Virus record (IMG/VR): IMGVR_UViG_3300003323_000724 | Location: 39,940 to 103,939 of that record | Length of the DNA stretch: 64,000 bases | Reading direction: 5' to 3' (one strand) | Origin: a virus | Program-made: the position numbers and the translations under genes | The notes under the pieces: model-generated | What the model saw: only the letters and a program-made list of their open reading frames with translations | What the model was told of the DNA's origin: nothing | Databases searched by the model: none | Shown: one piece after another, positions 1 to 9,944 of the stretch | Position numbering within the stretch: position 1 is the stretch's first letter | How the letters are laid out: the number at the start of each line of letters is the position of its first letter

Positions 1-17
1 AACAAGAAAGGTGAGTT

Positions 18-1238
18 ATGGGACGGCGTGACGATGACGAATTCGAGATCGAGGACCGGCGGCGTGAGAGCTATGTGTCGGGAGGAGGGTCTGGGGCACT
101 GGAAATTCCCACCGGACTGAGTTTTCTCAAGATGGATTGGGAGGGGTCCAAGTTACTGGAGTTCATCCCGTTCAAAGTGACCGAAGCCCACCTGAAGTTC
201 TCTTCGGCGTTCCCGAAGAACCTTCAGTTCAGCCGGCCCGGGAAATGGTATCCCGAACGGACGTACTTCCGGCACGAGAACGTTGGACCGGACAACGGCC
301 GGTACGCTTGCCCGTACATGAACTTCGGGAAGAAGTGCCCGATCTGTGAGGAACGGTCGCGGCTGGCCAAATCTCCCAACCCGATCGACAAGAAGGCGGC
401 GGAAAAGCTCCGGCCGAAGGAACGGCAATTGTTTTTGGTCATGCTGCGGGACCAAAAGAGTGGCCGGTTGGAGGACGGAATCAAACTGATCGAGTTGTCC
501 ACGGCCGCGTTCGGCAAGCAACTTGATGCGTTCATTCAGAACGCTCTGCCGCGCTACCAAGAGGCGTACTCGCAATATTACCACCCACTCAAGGGACTGA
601 CGGTTCAGGTCGTGGGTGCGAAGGAGAAGATGAAGAACAACGACACGGGTGAAGGAAGCTCGTGGAACAAGTACACCCCGATGCGGTGTGACCAACGGGA
701 AGACCCGATCCCGCGCGAGGTGTTCGACCACGGGTTCGACCTGGACGCGATGGTCCGCGAGGTGAGCTATGAAACCCTTCGGAAAGCCTTTTACGGCTTG
801 GAGGAAGAGGGACAAGACGAAGATAGAGAAATCGACAATTACGTTCGCCGTCAGGAAGTTGCTCGGGAGAACGGTCCAGAGTTGAACACCGAACCGAAGC
901 GGGAACCGACCAAGGCCGAGCCGAAGAAGTCTGAACCGATCAAGGTGGATGGGTTCGCCAGCAAGGACATCGTGACATTCGACCGTAAGGGGGACAAACT
1001 GGAAGGGGAGATCATCCGGATCGATAAGGAAAAGGAAACGGCGACGGTGTACTGTGAGGATCGCGGTCGGGAATACGTTCTCGACTTCGAGGAAATGAAG
1101 GTAGTCAAGCGGGACACCACTTTCGACGCCAAACCGGAACCGGCCAAGACCGAAACAAAGAAGCCGGCCCGGGGGTGGGAAATGGGGGATGAGGACGAAC
1201 AGGACGATCGGGTAGTGAACCGAACTACGCGACGGTAG
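18..1238 (+). CDS. T4 gp32-like single-stranded DNA-binding protein
   Basis: H..(Y)ACP...GKKCPICE zinc motif, acidic C-terminal tail, position upstream of recA-like gene. Confidence 0.7.
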   Translation: MGRRDDDEFEIEDRRRESYVSGGGSGALEIPTGLSFLKMDWEGSKLLEFIPFKVTEAHLKFSSAFPKNLQFSRPGKWYPERTYFRHENVGPDNGRYACPYMNFGKKCPICEERSRLAKSPNPIDKKAAEKLRPKERQLFLVMLRDQKSGRLEDGIKLIELSTAAFGKQLDAFIQNALPRYQEAYSQYYHPLKGLTVQVVGAKEKMKNNDTGEGSSWNKYTPMRCDQREDPIPREVFDHGFDLDAMVREVSYETLRKAFYGLEEEGQDEDREIDNYVRRQEVARENGPELNTEPKREPTKAEPKKSEPIKVDGFASKDIVTFDRKGDKLEGEIIRIDKEKETATVYCEDRGREYVLDFEEMKVVKRDTTFDAKPEPAKTETKKPARGWEMGDEDEQDDRVVNRTTRR

Positions 1239-1247
1239 AGGCTGATT

Positions 1248-1278
1248 GTGGGTGGTCCGGAGTTTCCGGACCACCCAC
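1248..1278 (+). terminator. 14-bp perfect hairpin after SSB gene (terminator or processing site)
   Basis: gtgggtggtccgga-gtt-tccggaccacccac; no U-tract. Confidence 0.45.
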
Positions 1279-1304
1279 CAAACTACAACAATTCAAGGTG
1301 ATTT

Positions 1305-1613
1305 ATGGCGGTGGTGAAGGAAAAGAAGAAAGCTAAGAAGAACGATGCCGTGGTTATGCTCGCGGCCCTAGCGGAAGAAACGCGGCTGGGCATCGTGAAA
1401 CTGCTCGCGGCCGAAAGCAAGAACGTGACGGACATTGGACGCACACTCAATGTAGAAATCGTCAACGTTTCCCATCACTTACGGATTCTCAGTGACGCGG
1501 GGATCATCCAAGGAACCAGGGACGGCCGGATGATTTTCTACTCGATCGATCCGAACGTGTTTCAGGACGGGGTGTTCGATTTCGGCGAAGTTCAGGTGAC
1601 GTTGGTGAAGTGA
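1305..1613 (+). CDS. ArsR/SmtB family HTH transcriptional regulator
   Basis: ALAEETRLGIVKLL...NVTDI...NVSHHLRILSDAGII...RDGRMIFYSI. Confidence 0.85.
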   Translation: MAVVKEKKKAKKNDAVVMLAALAEETRLGIVKLLAAESKNVTDIGRTLNVEIVNVSHHLRILSDAGIIQGTRDGRMIFYSIDPNVFQDGVFDFGEVQVTLVK

Positions 1614-1636
1614 AGCAATTCAACTTGGGGTGATCT

Positions 1637-2779
1637 GTGGGCAAGTCGAAACTGAGTAAGGAAGAGATTGATGCCAAAGCGGACCAACTCTTGTCCACGG
1701 AACCCCGCGTCGAGCCGGCCAAGCCGGAAGACCTGCTGAGCACTGGCTGTGCCTTGTTCGACATTGCCATTTCCAAGACCTACCCGGGAGGGATTCCGGT
1801 AGGGAATTACATGTACTACGTGGGGGACTCGGGAACGGCGAAAACGTGGTGTGCGTTTTCGTTCTTGGCAGAGGCTTCGAGAAATCCACGGTTCAAGAAG
1901 CACCGGTTGATTTTCGATAACGTCGAGAACGGTGCTTTGATGGACATTGAATACTTTTTCGGCAAGAAGGTGTTCGATCGGTTGGAACCGCCTGCATGGA
2001 ACGGAAGTGAACCATATTACTCAAATACAGTACAAGAATTGTACTATAATATAGATATAAACTGTTCCAAGGGACCGTGTATCTACATTGTGGATTCGAT
2101 GGACGCTTTACGAGATGATAGCGACGAGAAGAAGTTCGACGCCGAAGTGAAGCGATACGAAACGGGCAAAGGAGAAGTTCCCGGATCGATGGGGGTGACC
2201 AAAGCGAAGACCAACAGCCAGAACATCAATCGCGTGGCCAGTTCCCTGCGGGACAGTGACAGCATTCTCTTTCTGATCGGCCAGACTCGCGACAAACTGG
2301 GAATGCCGTTCCCGATGAAAACACGCAGCGGGGGTCACGCACTGAAGTTCTTCGCTCACGTCGAAGCGTGGACGAAAATCGAAGAGAAGATCAAGAACCG
2401 GTACGCCGGCAAGGACCGGGACATTGGGGACACGATTCAGATTGATCTTCGCAAGAACCGCGTGTGCGGCTGGCATGGCAAGATCAGCGTGGACTTCTTG
2501 ACCGGATTCGGGTTCGATGACGTAGGGACTTCTGTTAACTATCTGCTCGAAGAAAAACACTGGAAGTACGAGAAAAAACAGAAAGGGGAAGACGATGAAG
2601 AGGAATCAGACAGCAAGAACTTGACTGCACCGGAATTCGAGTTTACCGGTAAGAAGGAAAAGTTGGTGGAACTGATTCAGGATTCCAACCGGGAAGTTGA
2701 GTTGCACCAGTTGGTTCTGAGGGTATGGAAAGAGATCGAAGAGGGTTCGAGACTGAACAGGAAACGAAAATATTCTTGA
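1637..2779 (+). CDS. recA: RecA/UvsX-like recombinase
   Basis: STGC..FDIAI...GGIPVG, Walker A-like GDSGTAKT, Walker B IYIVDS, IGQTRDK, SGGHALKFFA. Confidence 0.85.
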   Translation: MGKSKLSKEEIDAKADQLLSTEPRVEPAKPEDLLSTGCALFDIAISKTYPGGIPVGNYMYYVGDSGTAKTWCAFSFLAEASRNPRFKKHRLIFDNVENGALMDIEYFFGKKVFDRLEPPAWNGSEPYYSNTVQELYYNIDINCSKGPCIYIVDSMDALRDDSDEKKFDAEVKRYETGKGEVPGSMGVTKAKTNSQNINRVASSLRDSDSILFLIGQTRDKLGMPFPMKTRSGGHALKFFAHVEAWTKIEEKIKNRYAGKDRDIGDTIQIDLRKNRVCGWHGKISVDFLTGFGFDDVGTSVNYLLEEKHWKYEKKQKGEDDEEESDSKNLTAPEFEFTGKKEKLVELIQDSNREVELHQLVLRVWKEIEEGSRLNRKRKYS

Positions 2780-2787
2780 GGAACAAA

Positions 2788-2934
2788 ATGACGATTAAGA
2801 AGATGCTGGAAGAGATCCGGAGGATCATCGGTCAATGTACCGCTTCCGAAAAGGAAACCTACGAAGCGTTGGTAGATGAAGCGGCTGGATGGGAAATGCG
2901 GTTGGAGGAATTGGAGGAGGAACCCGATGAGTAG
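2788..2934 (+). CDS. small hypothetical protein
   Basis: GAGG RBS, ATG 2788, operon packing. Confidence 0.55.
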   Translation: MTIKKMLEEIRRIIGQCTASEKETYEALVDEAAGWEMRLEELEEEPDE

Positions 2935-3586
2935 CGAACATTTCAGTTACCACCACAACAAACCCAAGTACCGACCGAACCCGACGCGGGAGTGGACGAT
3001 TCAGGAGGACTTCGCGATCCTTCCTGTCGTTCTCGCGTGCCCGTCCCAAATCGCATACGATGCGTCCTGCCGCCTTCTCGTTGACGCATTCGACCGAAAC
3101 CACTGCCATCCGCCCGGAACCGTCCTGACGACGGCTGACAAGAACCGGGAGTGTCGGGAACTGATCGAGGGGCGGATTGCACACATAGTGATGGACAGTC
3201 ACGGCGAGCAGGATTTTTCCAGTTGGCTGCTGATGGGGAAACGAGACGAACTTAACCTGAGTTGGGGCGAAAGGGAAATAGTTCTAAAACAGTGGGTTCG
3301 TCGGGTTTTGTCTTACGACGAATACCTGTATCAACCGACTGCGATTTTGGATCGGAAGACGACATCTGCGGGAGGCTTTGGGGAAGTTAAAGTTTCGACT
3401 TATTGCATGAATTGTGATCTTGACCGAATCGAATCTGACGAAGAAAGGCCGTCTCCGGCGTCCCCCAAGAACATGCAGAAGGTGTACGGAGCGGTGACGG
3501 ATTTCCTCAAAGCAAGTGTCGATGACGAGTACGCGATCACGACGGCATGGGGTAAACTACATGCGGTGTGTCGCGACTTGGATTAG
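2927..3586 (+). CDS. hypothetical protein
   Basis: GGAGG RBS, overlapping start. Confidence 0.6.
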   Translation: MSSEHFSYHHNKPKYRPNPTREWTIQEDFAILPVVLACPSQIAYDASCRLLVDAFDRNHCHPPGTVLTTADKNRECRELIEGRIAHIVMDSHGEQDFSSWLLMGKRDELNLSWGEREIVLKQWVRRVLSYDEYLYQPTAILDRKTTSAGGFGEVKVSTYCMNCDLDRIESDEERPSPASPKNMQKVYGAVTDFLKASVDDEYAITTAWGKLHAVCRDLD

Positions 3587-3606
3587 TTGAAGTAAGGAGA
3601 CGTGAA

Positions 3607-3810
3607 GTGTTGGAGATCAAGCGCAAAGTGGGCCAGCGGATCATTGTTCCTCCGGACCTGATTATCGAGTTGGTGGACAACGGGCCGGTGGGGGCCATTA
3701 TTGGGTTCATCTGCCCGCGAGACGTGGACGTGGTGCGGGAGGAACTGATGCCGCTCGCAGAGGTACGAGAGGTGTACGAAGAGGCCACGGGGATACGGAG
3801 GGAAGAATGA
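3607..3810 (+). CDS. csrA: CsrA/RsmA-like carbon storage regulator (RNA-binding)
   Basis: MLEIKRKVGQRIIV..DLIIELV......IIGFICPRDVDVVREEL matches the CsrA pattern; AAGGAG RBS before GTG 3607. Confidence 0.75.
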   Translation: MLEIKRKVGQRIIVPPDLIIELVDNGPVGAIIGFICPRDVDVVREELMPLAEVREVYEEATGIRREE

Positions 3811-4259
3811 CGCGAACGGAATACCTACTGAACCGGTTGGTTAACGTGTGTGGGGAACTCAGTTCAATTTCATCGGCACGGTTGATCTACTACCCGTTTG
3901 TTGGTTTGGATCAGGGCCAGTTCAAGAACAAAATTGAGGAGTTCGCGGCCGTTATTCAATTGCTGGTGCAGGAAGGGGCGATGGAACAAGGGGACGAGTT
4001 CGAGAAGCACGTTGACGCCAAAGCGAAACAGATCGAGATCGATTACACCGGGGTGGAGAACCGAAGGGCCAAGGGGAAGCTGTACCAGTTGAAGGAATCA
4101 CCACTCACGGACCTGCCCAAGTTCTACCACGAGTTCAAGACGCAGTTTCCCGAAGTGGCCAAGAGGAAATCTCTGCGAGTGTACGAGAGCGAAACTACCG
4201 AACCGCTGATGGACCTGCTGCACGCTCACGCGATGGTTCTGCAAGAGGTGAAGACGTAA
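3807..4259 (+). CDS. hypothetical protein
   Basis: ATGA overlap with previous gene. Confidence 0.6.
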   Translation: MTRTEYLLNRLVNVCGELSSISSARLIYYPFVGLDQGQFKNKIEEFAAVIQLLVQEGAMEQGDEFEKHVDAKAKQIEIDYTGVENRRAKGKLYQLKESPLTDLPKFYHEFKTQFPEVAKRKSLRVYESETTEPLMDLLHAHAMVLQEVKT

Positions 4260-5086
4260 TGCACCTGATCGCCTTCGACGTGAGTTTCTGTTGCTGGCGG
4301 TCGTTCCACTCGCACGGGGGTAAAGATCCCTTTGCGAGTGTTTTGCTTGCCGTCTACGAAATGGAACGGACTCGGAAGTTCATCGACCCCCGAGCCGTTC
4401 CCGTCTTCGCCTTTGATCGCAAGCCGTACAAGCGGAACGAATTGTACCTAGACTACAAGAAGAAGTCCCAGAAGGGGGACGACGGGGAGCGAGAAGCAAA
4501 GGAAGAACTGCTCCGGCAGGTGGACAAACTCAGGACCAAGTACCTCGAACAGTTGGGACTGCCCAATGCACTGTCCTCTCCGGGCTGCGAAGCGGACGAC
4601 GTGTTTGCTTCGTTGGTAGCCAAAACCAGTTACGGGGATTTGAGGGATCAGATAACGATCGTGTCGAGGGACCAAGACCTGTACCAACTGCTGTCCAGTC
4701 GGGTGCGAATGTTCGATCCGATCAAGCGGCAGTTTTACACCCACAGGGATTTCAGGGACGAGTACGATTTGCACCCCACACAGTGGCCGCAGGTAAAAGC
4801 ACTTGGGGGCTGCGAGTCGGACAACATCGACGGTCCGCCCGGAATTGCTCAGGGCCGGGCGTTGAAGCACGTCAGCGGCGAGAAGCCGAATAAGGTCTGT
4901 AAGGAGTTCATGGAAACGGAAGCGTACCAAGTGAACCTGAAACTGACGACGCTACCGTACCTGAACAAAGCGATCGAGTTCGATATCTCAACGGAATCAG
5001 CGTTCCAACAAGAATGGTGGGTTTGCCTGTGTTCGGCCTTGGACCGTGAGGCACTGGCCGAATTTGTATTGGGGGTGAGGAGTTGA
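4259..5086 (+). CDS. 5'-3' exonuclease / flap endonuclease (T4 RNase H, T5 D15-like)
   Basis: FAFD, Y.DYK, EADDV, SRDQDLYQLL, ALGGCESDNIDG motifs. Confidence 0.88.
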   Translation: MHLIAFDVSFCCWRSFHSHGGKDPFASVLLAVYEMERTRKFIDPRAVPVFAFDRKPYKRNELYLDYKKKSQKGDDGEREAKEELLRQVDKLRTKYLEQLGLPNALSSPGCEADDVFASLVAKTSYGDLRDQITIVSRDQDLYQLLSSRVRMFDPIKRQFYTHRDFRDEYDLHPTQWPQVKALGGCESDNIDGPPGIAQGRALKHVSGEKPNKVCKEFMETEAYQVNLKLTTLPYLNKAIEFDISTESAFQQEWWVCLCSALDREALAEFVLGVRS

Positions 5087-5157
5087 AATGGGACATATCC
5101 ATCTACCAGAATGCGTTAACTGCCCAATAAGGAATACGTGATTGTGAGGACCGAATA

Positions 5158-5634
5158 ATGCCTAGAAAGAAAAAGGCAACTGTGGGGGACAGATTGATGC
5201 TGGCCCTAGAGCACTTCGCATCCGATTTGGAAAACAATCGACCCCTGAAAGTTACCGTTCGTCAGAAACCAATCGTTGATTTGGAATTGCCTTTTCCTCC
5301 CACGATTAACACTTATTGGCGACGTGTGGGCAACCAGACGATCCTCTCAGCAGACGCGAGACAGTACCGTAAGGACGTGTTGAACACCTATGCTTGCCGT
5401 CGCATCCGCCCGATGCAGGGGCCGCTCAAGGTGTCAATCATTTTCTATCGTCCGGACAAGCGACGGCGTGACTTGGACAATCTCCCCAAGGGGCTGCTCG
5501 ACTCGCTGAAGCACGCGGGTGTGTACGAGGACGATTCACAGATCGAGCACCTTGATATGAAGTTCGGTCCGGTTCGGAAGGGCGGCTTAGCCGTGGTGAC
5601 GATTATTGACCTTCCAGCGGAGCAAACCAAATGA
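5158..5634 (+). CDS. rusA: RusA family Holliday junction resolvase
   Basis: LPFPPTINTYWR, RRRDLDNLPKGLLDSL, YEDDSQI. Confidence 0.9.
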   Translation: MPRKKKATVGDRLMLALEHFASDLENNRPLKVTVRQKPIVDLELPFPPTINTYWRRVGNQTILSADARQYRKDVLNTYACRRIRPMQGPLKVSIIFYRPDKRRRDLDNLPKGLLDSLKHAGVYEDDSQIEHLDMKFGPVRKGGLAVVTIIDLPAEQTK

Positions 5635-5921
5635 ATGAGTACGACAAGGGGTTTTTGGAAGCCTTGCAAGCGGTGTGTTGGATGGGAGGGATGAAATGGA
5701 AAGTCCATATGAAGAACGCCGAAGACTCCAGTCTTTCCGAAGCGTACCAAGATGCCGCTTTGACGGCAGCTATGACTATCGGAAAATTCGTCTCCGACCT
5801 TAAGAGTCTGGGAGCGTCGATTCACAGAAAGCAGCTAGATCCCAAGAAAATCGTAACTACCAACGCTCCGGAACACGGAGGATTTTGGTGGGCAAACGAA
5901 GAAGGAAAAGGAGTTAGTTAA
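5631..5921 (+). CDS. hypothetical protein
   Basis: ATGA overlap. Confidence 0.55.
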   Translation: MNEYDKGFLEALQAVCWMGGMKWKVHMKNAEDSSLSEAYQDAALTAAMTIGKFVSDLKSLGASIHRKQLDPKKIVTTNAPEHGGFWWANEEGKGVS

Positions 5922-6110
5922 TGAACGATTTGCCGTTACTTCAAGGAATGGGAACCGCACTGGACAGTGGAAGGAAGTTGGGATCGAGGTTGCCTTGGGT
6001 CGGATGACGGCCGATGAGGTGTACCAGTTCGGGCTGAAGTTGATTACAGAGTTGCGAGAAACGACGTGGGAAGAGTGTCTTAATTGGATTGATGGGGGTG
6101 AGGACTAACA

Positions 6111-6332
6111 ATGACGATGCTCGACACGCACGAGAAGTGGGCGATGTCTTTGGGGACCGGACTCCCACTCGTGATCGCTAGTTGGATGTTTGCCTTTGCC
6201 GGGTTCTTGCCCGGCCTTCTCGCTTACATCGTTCCCGTGCTCGTTACAGCCGTTTACGTGATTCAAGTGGGGTGTTGGGTTCAGTGGTTCAGGATCAAAG
6301 GGAGGGGGAAGAAATGGAAGTGGCGGCAGTGA
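6111..6332 (+). CDS. small membrane protein
   Basis: two hydrophobic segments, basic C-terminus, GAGG RBS. Confidence 0.5.
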   Translation: MTMLDTHEKWAMSLGTGLPLVIASWMFAFAGFLPGLLAYIVPVLVTAVYVIQVGCWVQWFRIKGRGKKWKWRQ

Positions 6333-6438
6333 TTGTGGGATTGTTCATTTACGTTTGGCTGTGTCTGTTAGTTCAACGGAAGTGGCCCGGTAGTCTAGCG
6401 AATCGAATCAGGAAGGCTATTGCAGGGGAGAATCCGAA

Positions 6439-6672
6439 ATGACCAAGAAGCTCCCGGACGGGACGGAGATTGAGTACACGGTAGCAGATTCATATGGCGG
6501 TCCCGGCAACTGTTTTTCAAATTTGAATATCAACCACAACGTAGTGTTTTGGCGATTGCCGCAGACCACTTGGGTTTCGACTCAGCACAGGAACATGCAT
6601 GGGTTCACGGAATGGTTGGATTGTTGTGAGACACACTGGAGGATTTCTTGGAAGGAGAAAAGGAATGACTAG
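6439..6672 (+). CDS. hypothetical protein
   Basis: overlapping start, RBS. Confidence 0.5.
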   Translation: MTKKLPDGTEIEYTVADSYGGPGNCFSNLNINHNVVFWRLPQTTWVSTQHRNMHGFTEWLDCCETHWRISWKEKRND

Positions 6673-7615
6673 TGAAATCGATCTGCTGAGGGCGTATGCG
6701 GCCAAGCCGGAAGAGGAGGAGTTCTATCGCGGGCTGCTCCTCGATTACTACTTGGAGAACGATCCGGAGCGAGCGGAGTTCCTGAAGCTTCACAGTCAGT
6801 TAAAGGGAATGAATTGTCCGTTGCATCTTTGCACTAAGCCACTGTTTGGTGCTGACAAAAGATTCAACTGGGCTGGGACTTGTACAGAATGTACTAAAGA
6901 TTCGTGGTGTGTGTTCCATTCGGTTGAACAAGACATTGAATTGATTCTCCAAAAGAATCGCGATCGGTGGCTTCGGGTCCGCTGTCCCGAGTGCATTGCG
7001 GGCCGTGTGGTTGACGTCTCCACCGGAACCCGATCGGGCTGCAAGACGTGCATGAGTACCGGTGACCTATGTCGGTTCACCCACCCCGGAACGGCCAGTC
7101 AGGACCAATTCGATGTCGAGCGGAAGAACGGGTTCCCGTACAAGGTGACTGGGGCTAAACACGCGGACGTGTTTAGGCAGATGACCAAATTGACCGAAAC
7201 CAAATGTAAGGACTGCAACGGTTATGGGCGGGTGCGTAACGATTGGTTTGCTGGGGATGAGGGAAGCCGAAAATGCGTTCGTTGCGAAGGAATGGGACGT
7301 TTTGCCGGGTTCTCAAGTTTCTACTGGGAGCCGACAGAGGTTGCGGTTGCGTGGCTGACACACCACCCGACAGTGAGGGAGATCGAGGTATCTGATGTTA
7401 GGCCATTGAACGTAAGTTGGATGCCGGATATGCCCCAAGTGTTCCGGAACGATAACTGGGAACCGCAGAGCCATTGGTGGATCGTCGGGGAAGTTTATGA
7501 CCGTATGGAAACGGACAGTCTGGACACGCTGGGGACCGGGGTGGTTGCCAGAAGGTGGAACCGCCAAGACCACAGTCGGGCTGTGGCGGACTGGGTGCGA
7601 TCATTCGTGAAATAG
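6665..7615 (+). CDS. divergent TIGR02996-like domain protein with CxxCxGxG zinc fingers
   Basis: N-term LLRAYAAKPEEEEFYRGLLLDYYLENDPERAEFLKL; CPEC/CKTC and CKDCNGYG/CVRCEGMG. Confidence 0.65.
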   Translation: MTSEIDLLRAYAAKPEEEEFYRGLLLDYYLENDPERAEFLKLHSQLKGMNCPLHLCTKPLFGADKRFNWAGTCTECTKDSWCVFHSVEQDIELILQKNRDRWLRVRCPECIAGRVVDVSTGTRSGCKTCMSTGDLCRFTHPGTASQDQFDVERKNGFPYKVTGAKHADVFRQMTKLTETKCKDCNGYGRVRNDWFAGDEGSRKCVRCEGMGRFAGFSSFYWEPTEVAVAWLTHHPTVREIEVSDVRPLNVSWMPDMPQVFRNDNWEPQSHWWIVGEVYDRMETDSLDTLGTGVVARRWNRQDHSRAVADWVRSFVK

Positions 7616-7682
7616 CCAGATTACGAAATTTAGTTACTTAGGCTCACCTAACCCGACGGAATACTGTATTTTGCAAAGCCGC

Positions 7683-7713
7683 TTGACAATGGCCGATCGT
7701 GTGGCACAGTTGG
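7683..7713 (+). promoter_or_regulatory. phage repeated promoter, copy 1 (probably leaderless transcript)
   Basis: TTGACA-16 nt(...cgtgtgg)-CACAGT-tgggc-ATG(7716). Confidence 0.65.
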
Positions 7714-7715
7714 GC

Positions 7716-8108
7716 ATGGAAACGACAACTACTAAAACGTGTAAGCAATTGTATGATGCTAACCCCGTCTTCCGCGAGATGGTGGACGTATGGGTAGAAC
7801 ACCGGTGGTGCCCGGCCGAGATGCAGGATGTGCTCTTGGAGGAGGGATTGGAGCACGCGGCGGACTGCGCTAAGTGGTGTTACGAGACGGAGGAGCGGGA
7901 GGGTCAGATTGATAAAGGCCCCGGTAGAGTTTACCCCTATTGGGTAGCCTGGAAATCGCACTGGTGGGTGAGAGAATGTCAAGACTACTTTCCTCATAAC
8001 AAAGTACCCCCAAAGAACTTACCGTCGGTGAATGATGAAATGTGGAAGCACAGCAACCACCGAGAGGCAATCCTAGCCCTTCTCGACGCATGGAGGATCG
8101 CCCAGTGA
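7716..8108 (+). CDS. hypothetical protein (degenerate 'D.L.E.G' helix)
   Basis: ATG directly after promoter; QDVLLEEGLEHAAD. Confidence 0.55.
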   Translation: METTTTKTCKQLYDANPVFREMVDVWVEHRWCPAEMQDVLLEEGLEHAADCAKWCYETEEREGQIDKGPGRVYPYWVAWKSHWWVRECQDYFPHNKVPPKNLPSVNDEMWKHSNHREAILALLDAWRIAQ

Positions 8109-8368
8109 GTCCCGAAGACGCAGCGGCCAGGGCGTGGGAACTGATGCTCCAAGAAGAGAACCCGATGCCGCCCGCGATCGCACGGGACTGGGTGATGGAG
8201 CAGTTGGGGTGTGAACGTGATAAAGTGCTTGAAATTCTAGTGAATCAGGCACATGACAGACTTAAGAGTTCTCGCCCTGATGAACATGATGCCAACGTTG
8301 TGTTGGACAAGATTCGCAAGAAACAATGGGAAGAAGCAGAACGACCAGTCTTAAAATACACACAATAA
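8105..8368 (+). CDS. hypothetical protein
   Basis: GTGA overlap, GGAGG RBS. Confidence 0.55.
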   Translation: MSPEDAAARAWELMLQEENPMPPAIARDWVMEQLGCERDKVLEILVNQAHDRLKSSRPDEHDANVVLDKIRKKQWEEAERPVLKYTQ

Positions 8369-8380
8369 AGGAGTTACAGA

Positions 8381-8689
8381 ATGCAATCTGAACTCCAACT
8401 ACTGACCAAGAGCGTTCGGGAGAACCTGACCGAACTGGGAATTGACGTGCTGGCGGACAAGCTGCAAGACCTTGACAGGGAACGGGATGCGATGTTGTTG
8501 CGGAGACGTAAAGTCAGATGGCAGAAGACGATGCAGAAAAGATGGGAGTCGATGGAACTACTCACTTGGCGGTTTAGTGAAAGGATTACGAGACAGGAGA
8601 TGTTGCAGATGTCTCTGGAAGCCATTCAGCGTGACGCAACGTGGTCGATGAGTATGTACTTAACTCGATTTGAAAAGGAGCCGAAATGA
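8381..8689 (+). CDS. hypothetical protein with 'VLADKLQD' helix
   Basis: AGGAG RBS; resembles the second helix of TIGR02996. Confidence 0.55.
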   Translation: MQSELQLLTKSVRENLTELGIDVLADKLQDLDRERDAMLLRRRKVRWQKTMQKRWESMELLTWRFSERITRQEMLQMSLEAIQRDATWSMSMYLTRFEKEPK

Positions 8690-8871
8690 GCACGGAATTC
8701 AAGGTCGGTGACGTGGTGCAACTCAAGAGCGGTGGGCCAATTATGACGGTTATCGGGGACAGGGATGGAAAGTTGGTTGTGGTGTGGATGGACTGGTACG
8801 GGCATTTACAGGACGGTGTGTTTTCGGAAGTGTGCTTAAAGGAATCCAAAGGCGGATGGGGCTATAGTTGA
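8686..8871 (+). CDS. YodC / DUF2158 family protein
   Basis: FKVGDVVQLKSGGPIMTV signature. Confidence 0.85.
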   Translation: MSTEFKVGDVVQLKSGGPIMTVIGDRDGKLVVVWMDWYGHLQDGVFSEVCLKESKGGWGYS

Positions 8872-8897
8872 CCGCTGAGTTCCCTTTGGGGTACACT
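8868..8897 (+). promoter_or_regulatory. sigma70-like promoter upstream of terS
   Basis: TTGACC-18 nt-TACACT. Confidence 0.4.
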
Positions 8898-8938
8898 ATC
8901 TCCTCCCGTACCCCTTATTTTGCAGTGATTTAGTTCTC

Positions 8939-9712
8939 ATGGCGAACAAGAAGAAGCTCGAATGGACCCCGCAGGTTCCCGGTGAGATCGAGTATGACAT
9001 CGATCTGACGGAGGAGGAGGTTACGTTCATCAAGTGGTACTGCATAAAGCCAAACGTGGCTTACGCTTACCGCAAAACACATCCCGAGTGCAAGCAGCGG
9101 ATGGAGCTGGCCTGGAAGCGGGGCACGAACCTCTATAACCGCCCCCACGTTCGCAAGGAGATCGACGCGGCCCAGAGCGCGGTTGCGATTACGAAGGACT
9201 TGAGGACTGATGAAACCCTCATGGAAGTGAAGGCGATTGCGTTCTCGGACCCTATTGACTTGTTTGACGAGAAGGGCCAACCACTCCCACTACATGAAAT
9301 ACCGTTCGAGGTGCGTAAAGTCATTAAGGGTTTCAAGTTACGGTCAACCAAGACGGAAACGATCAGCAGCGGGAAGAAGACGAAGAAGGTCACATACGAG
9401 ATCCTCGAATATATCCCTTACGACAAGATCGACGCATTGCAAATCATCTGCAAGCACTTGGGGATCAACAAGGAGATCCCGCCTTTGGAGGCGCTGATGA
9501 ACTTGCTGCCCAAGAACGTAGCGGAGAAGTTGCGGAAACTGCTTGCTGGGGAAGTAGTTAAGTCACAAGAACAGAGAAAAGAACCGGAGGAGAAAAAGAA
9601 TGGACCGGCCGCTAGTAGTGCTCAGCAAGAAGACGGGGTACGGCAGAACTCCGGACACGGCGACGGTGTATGTGAACCGGGAGGGACTGGCGGACTTGAA
9701 GAAGTTGATTGA
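8939..9712 (+). CDS. terS: terminase small subunit
   Basis: N-term AYAY HTH-like region, IAFSDPIDLFDEKG..LPLHEIP, YDKIDALQIICKHLG (Terminase_2-like). Confidence 0.8.
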   Translation: MANKKKLEWTPQVPGEIEYDIDLTEEEVTFIKWYCIKPNVAYAYRKTHPECKQRMELAWKRGTNLYNRPHVRKEIDAAQSAVAITKDLRTDETLMEVKAIAFSDPIDLFDEKGQPLPLHEIPFEVRKVIKGFKLRSTKTETISSGKKTKKVTYEILEYIPYDKIDALQIICKHLGINKEIPPLEALMNLLPKNVAEKLRKLLAGEVVKSQEQRKEPEEKKNGPAASSAQQEDGVRQNSGHGDGVCEPGGTGGLEEVD

Positions 9713-9941
9713 GTCCCTGAACACGAAAACACTGGAATTCAAAGCGGTTTCGGAAGTGGTGGGCAGGATTCCCGTGTTTCAGGACGGGGACTGGTCGTGG
9801 CTCGAAATTCGCACTTGTAGTCACGAAGGGTTCAATTGCGGTGGGAAGCCTTGTAGATGTGGGTGCCAAAAGGAATTCGAGCAGATCGAAGACAAGTACA
9901 GAGCCGCTGAAGGATTTGAGTACCGAACTGATAGGGACTGA
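9600..9941 (+). CDS. hypothetical protein, Cys-containing
   Basis: GGAGGAG RBS; overlaps the low-complexity terS tail. Confidence 0.45.
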   Translation: MDRPLVVLSKKTGYGRTPDTATVYVNREGLADLKKLIESLNTKTLEFKAVSEVVGRIPVFQDGDWSWLEIRTCSHEGFNCGGKPCRCGCQKEFEQIEDKYRAAEGFEYRTDRD

Positions 9942-9944
9942 CTA

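Noticed and set aside
153-1274. Long antisense ORFs (also 14719..15555, 38849..39565, 40784..41836)
   Set aside because: Shadow frames of strongly codon-biased plus-strand genes, with no motifs or RBS
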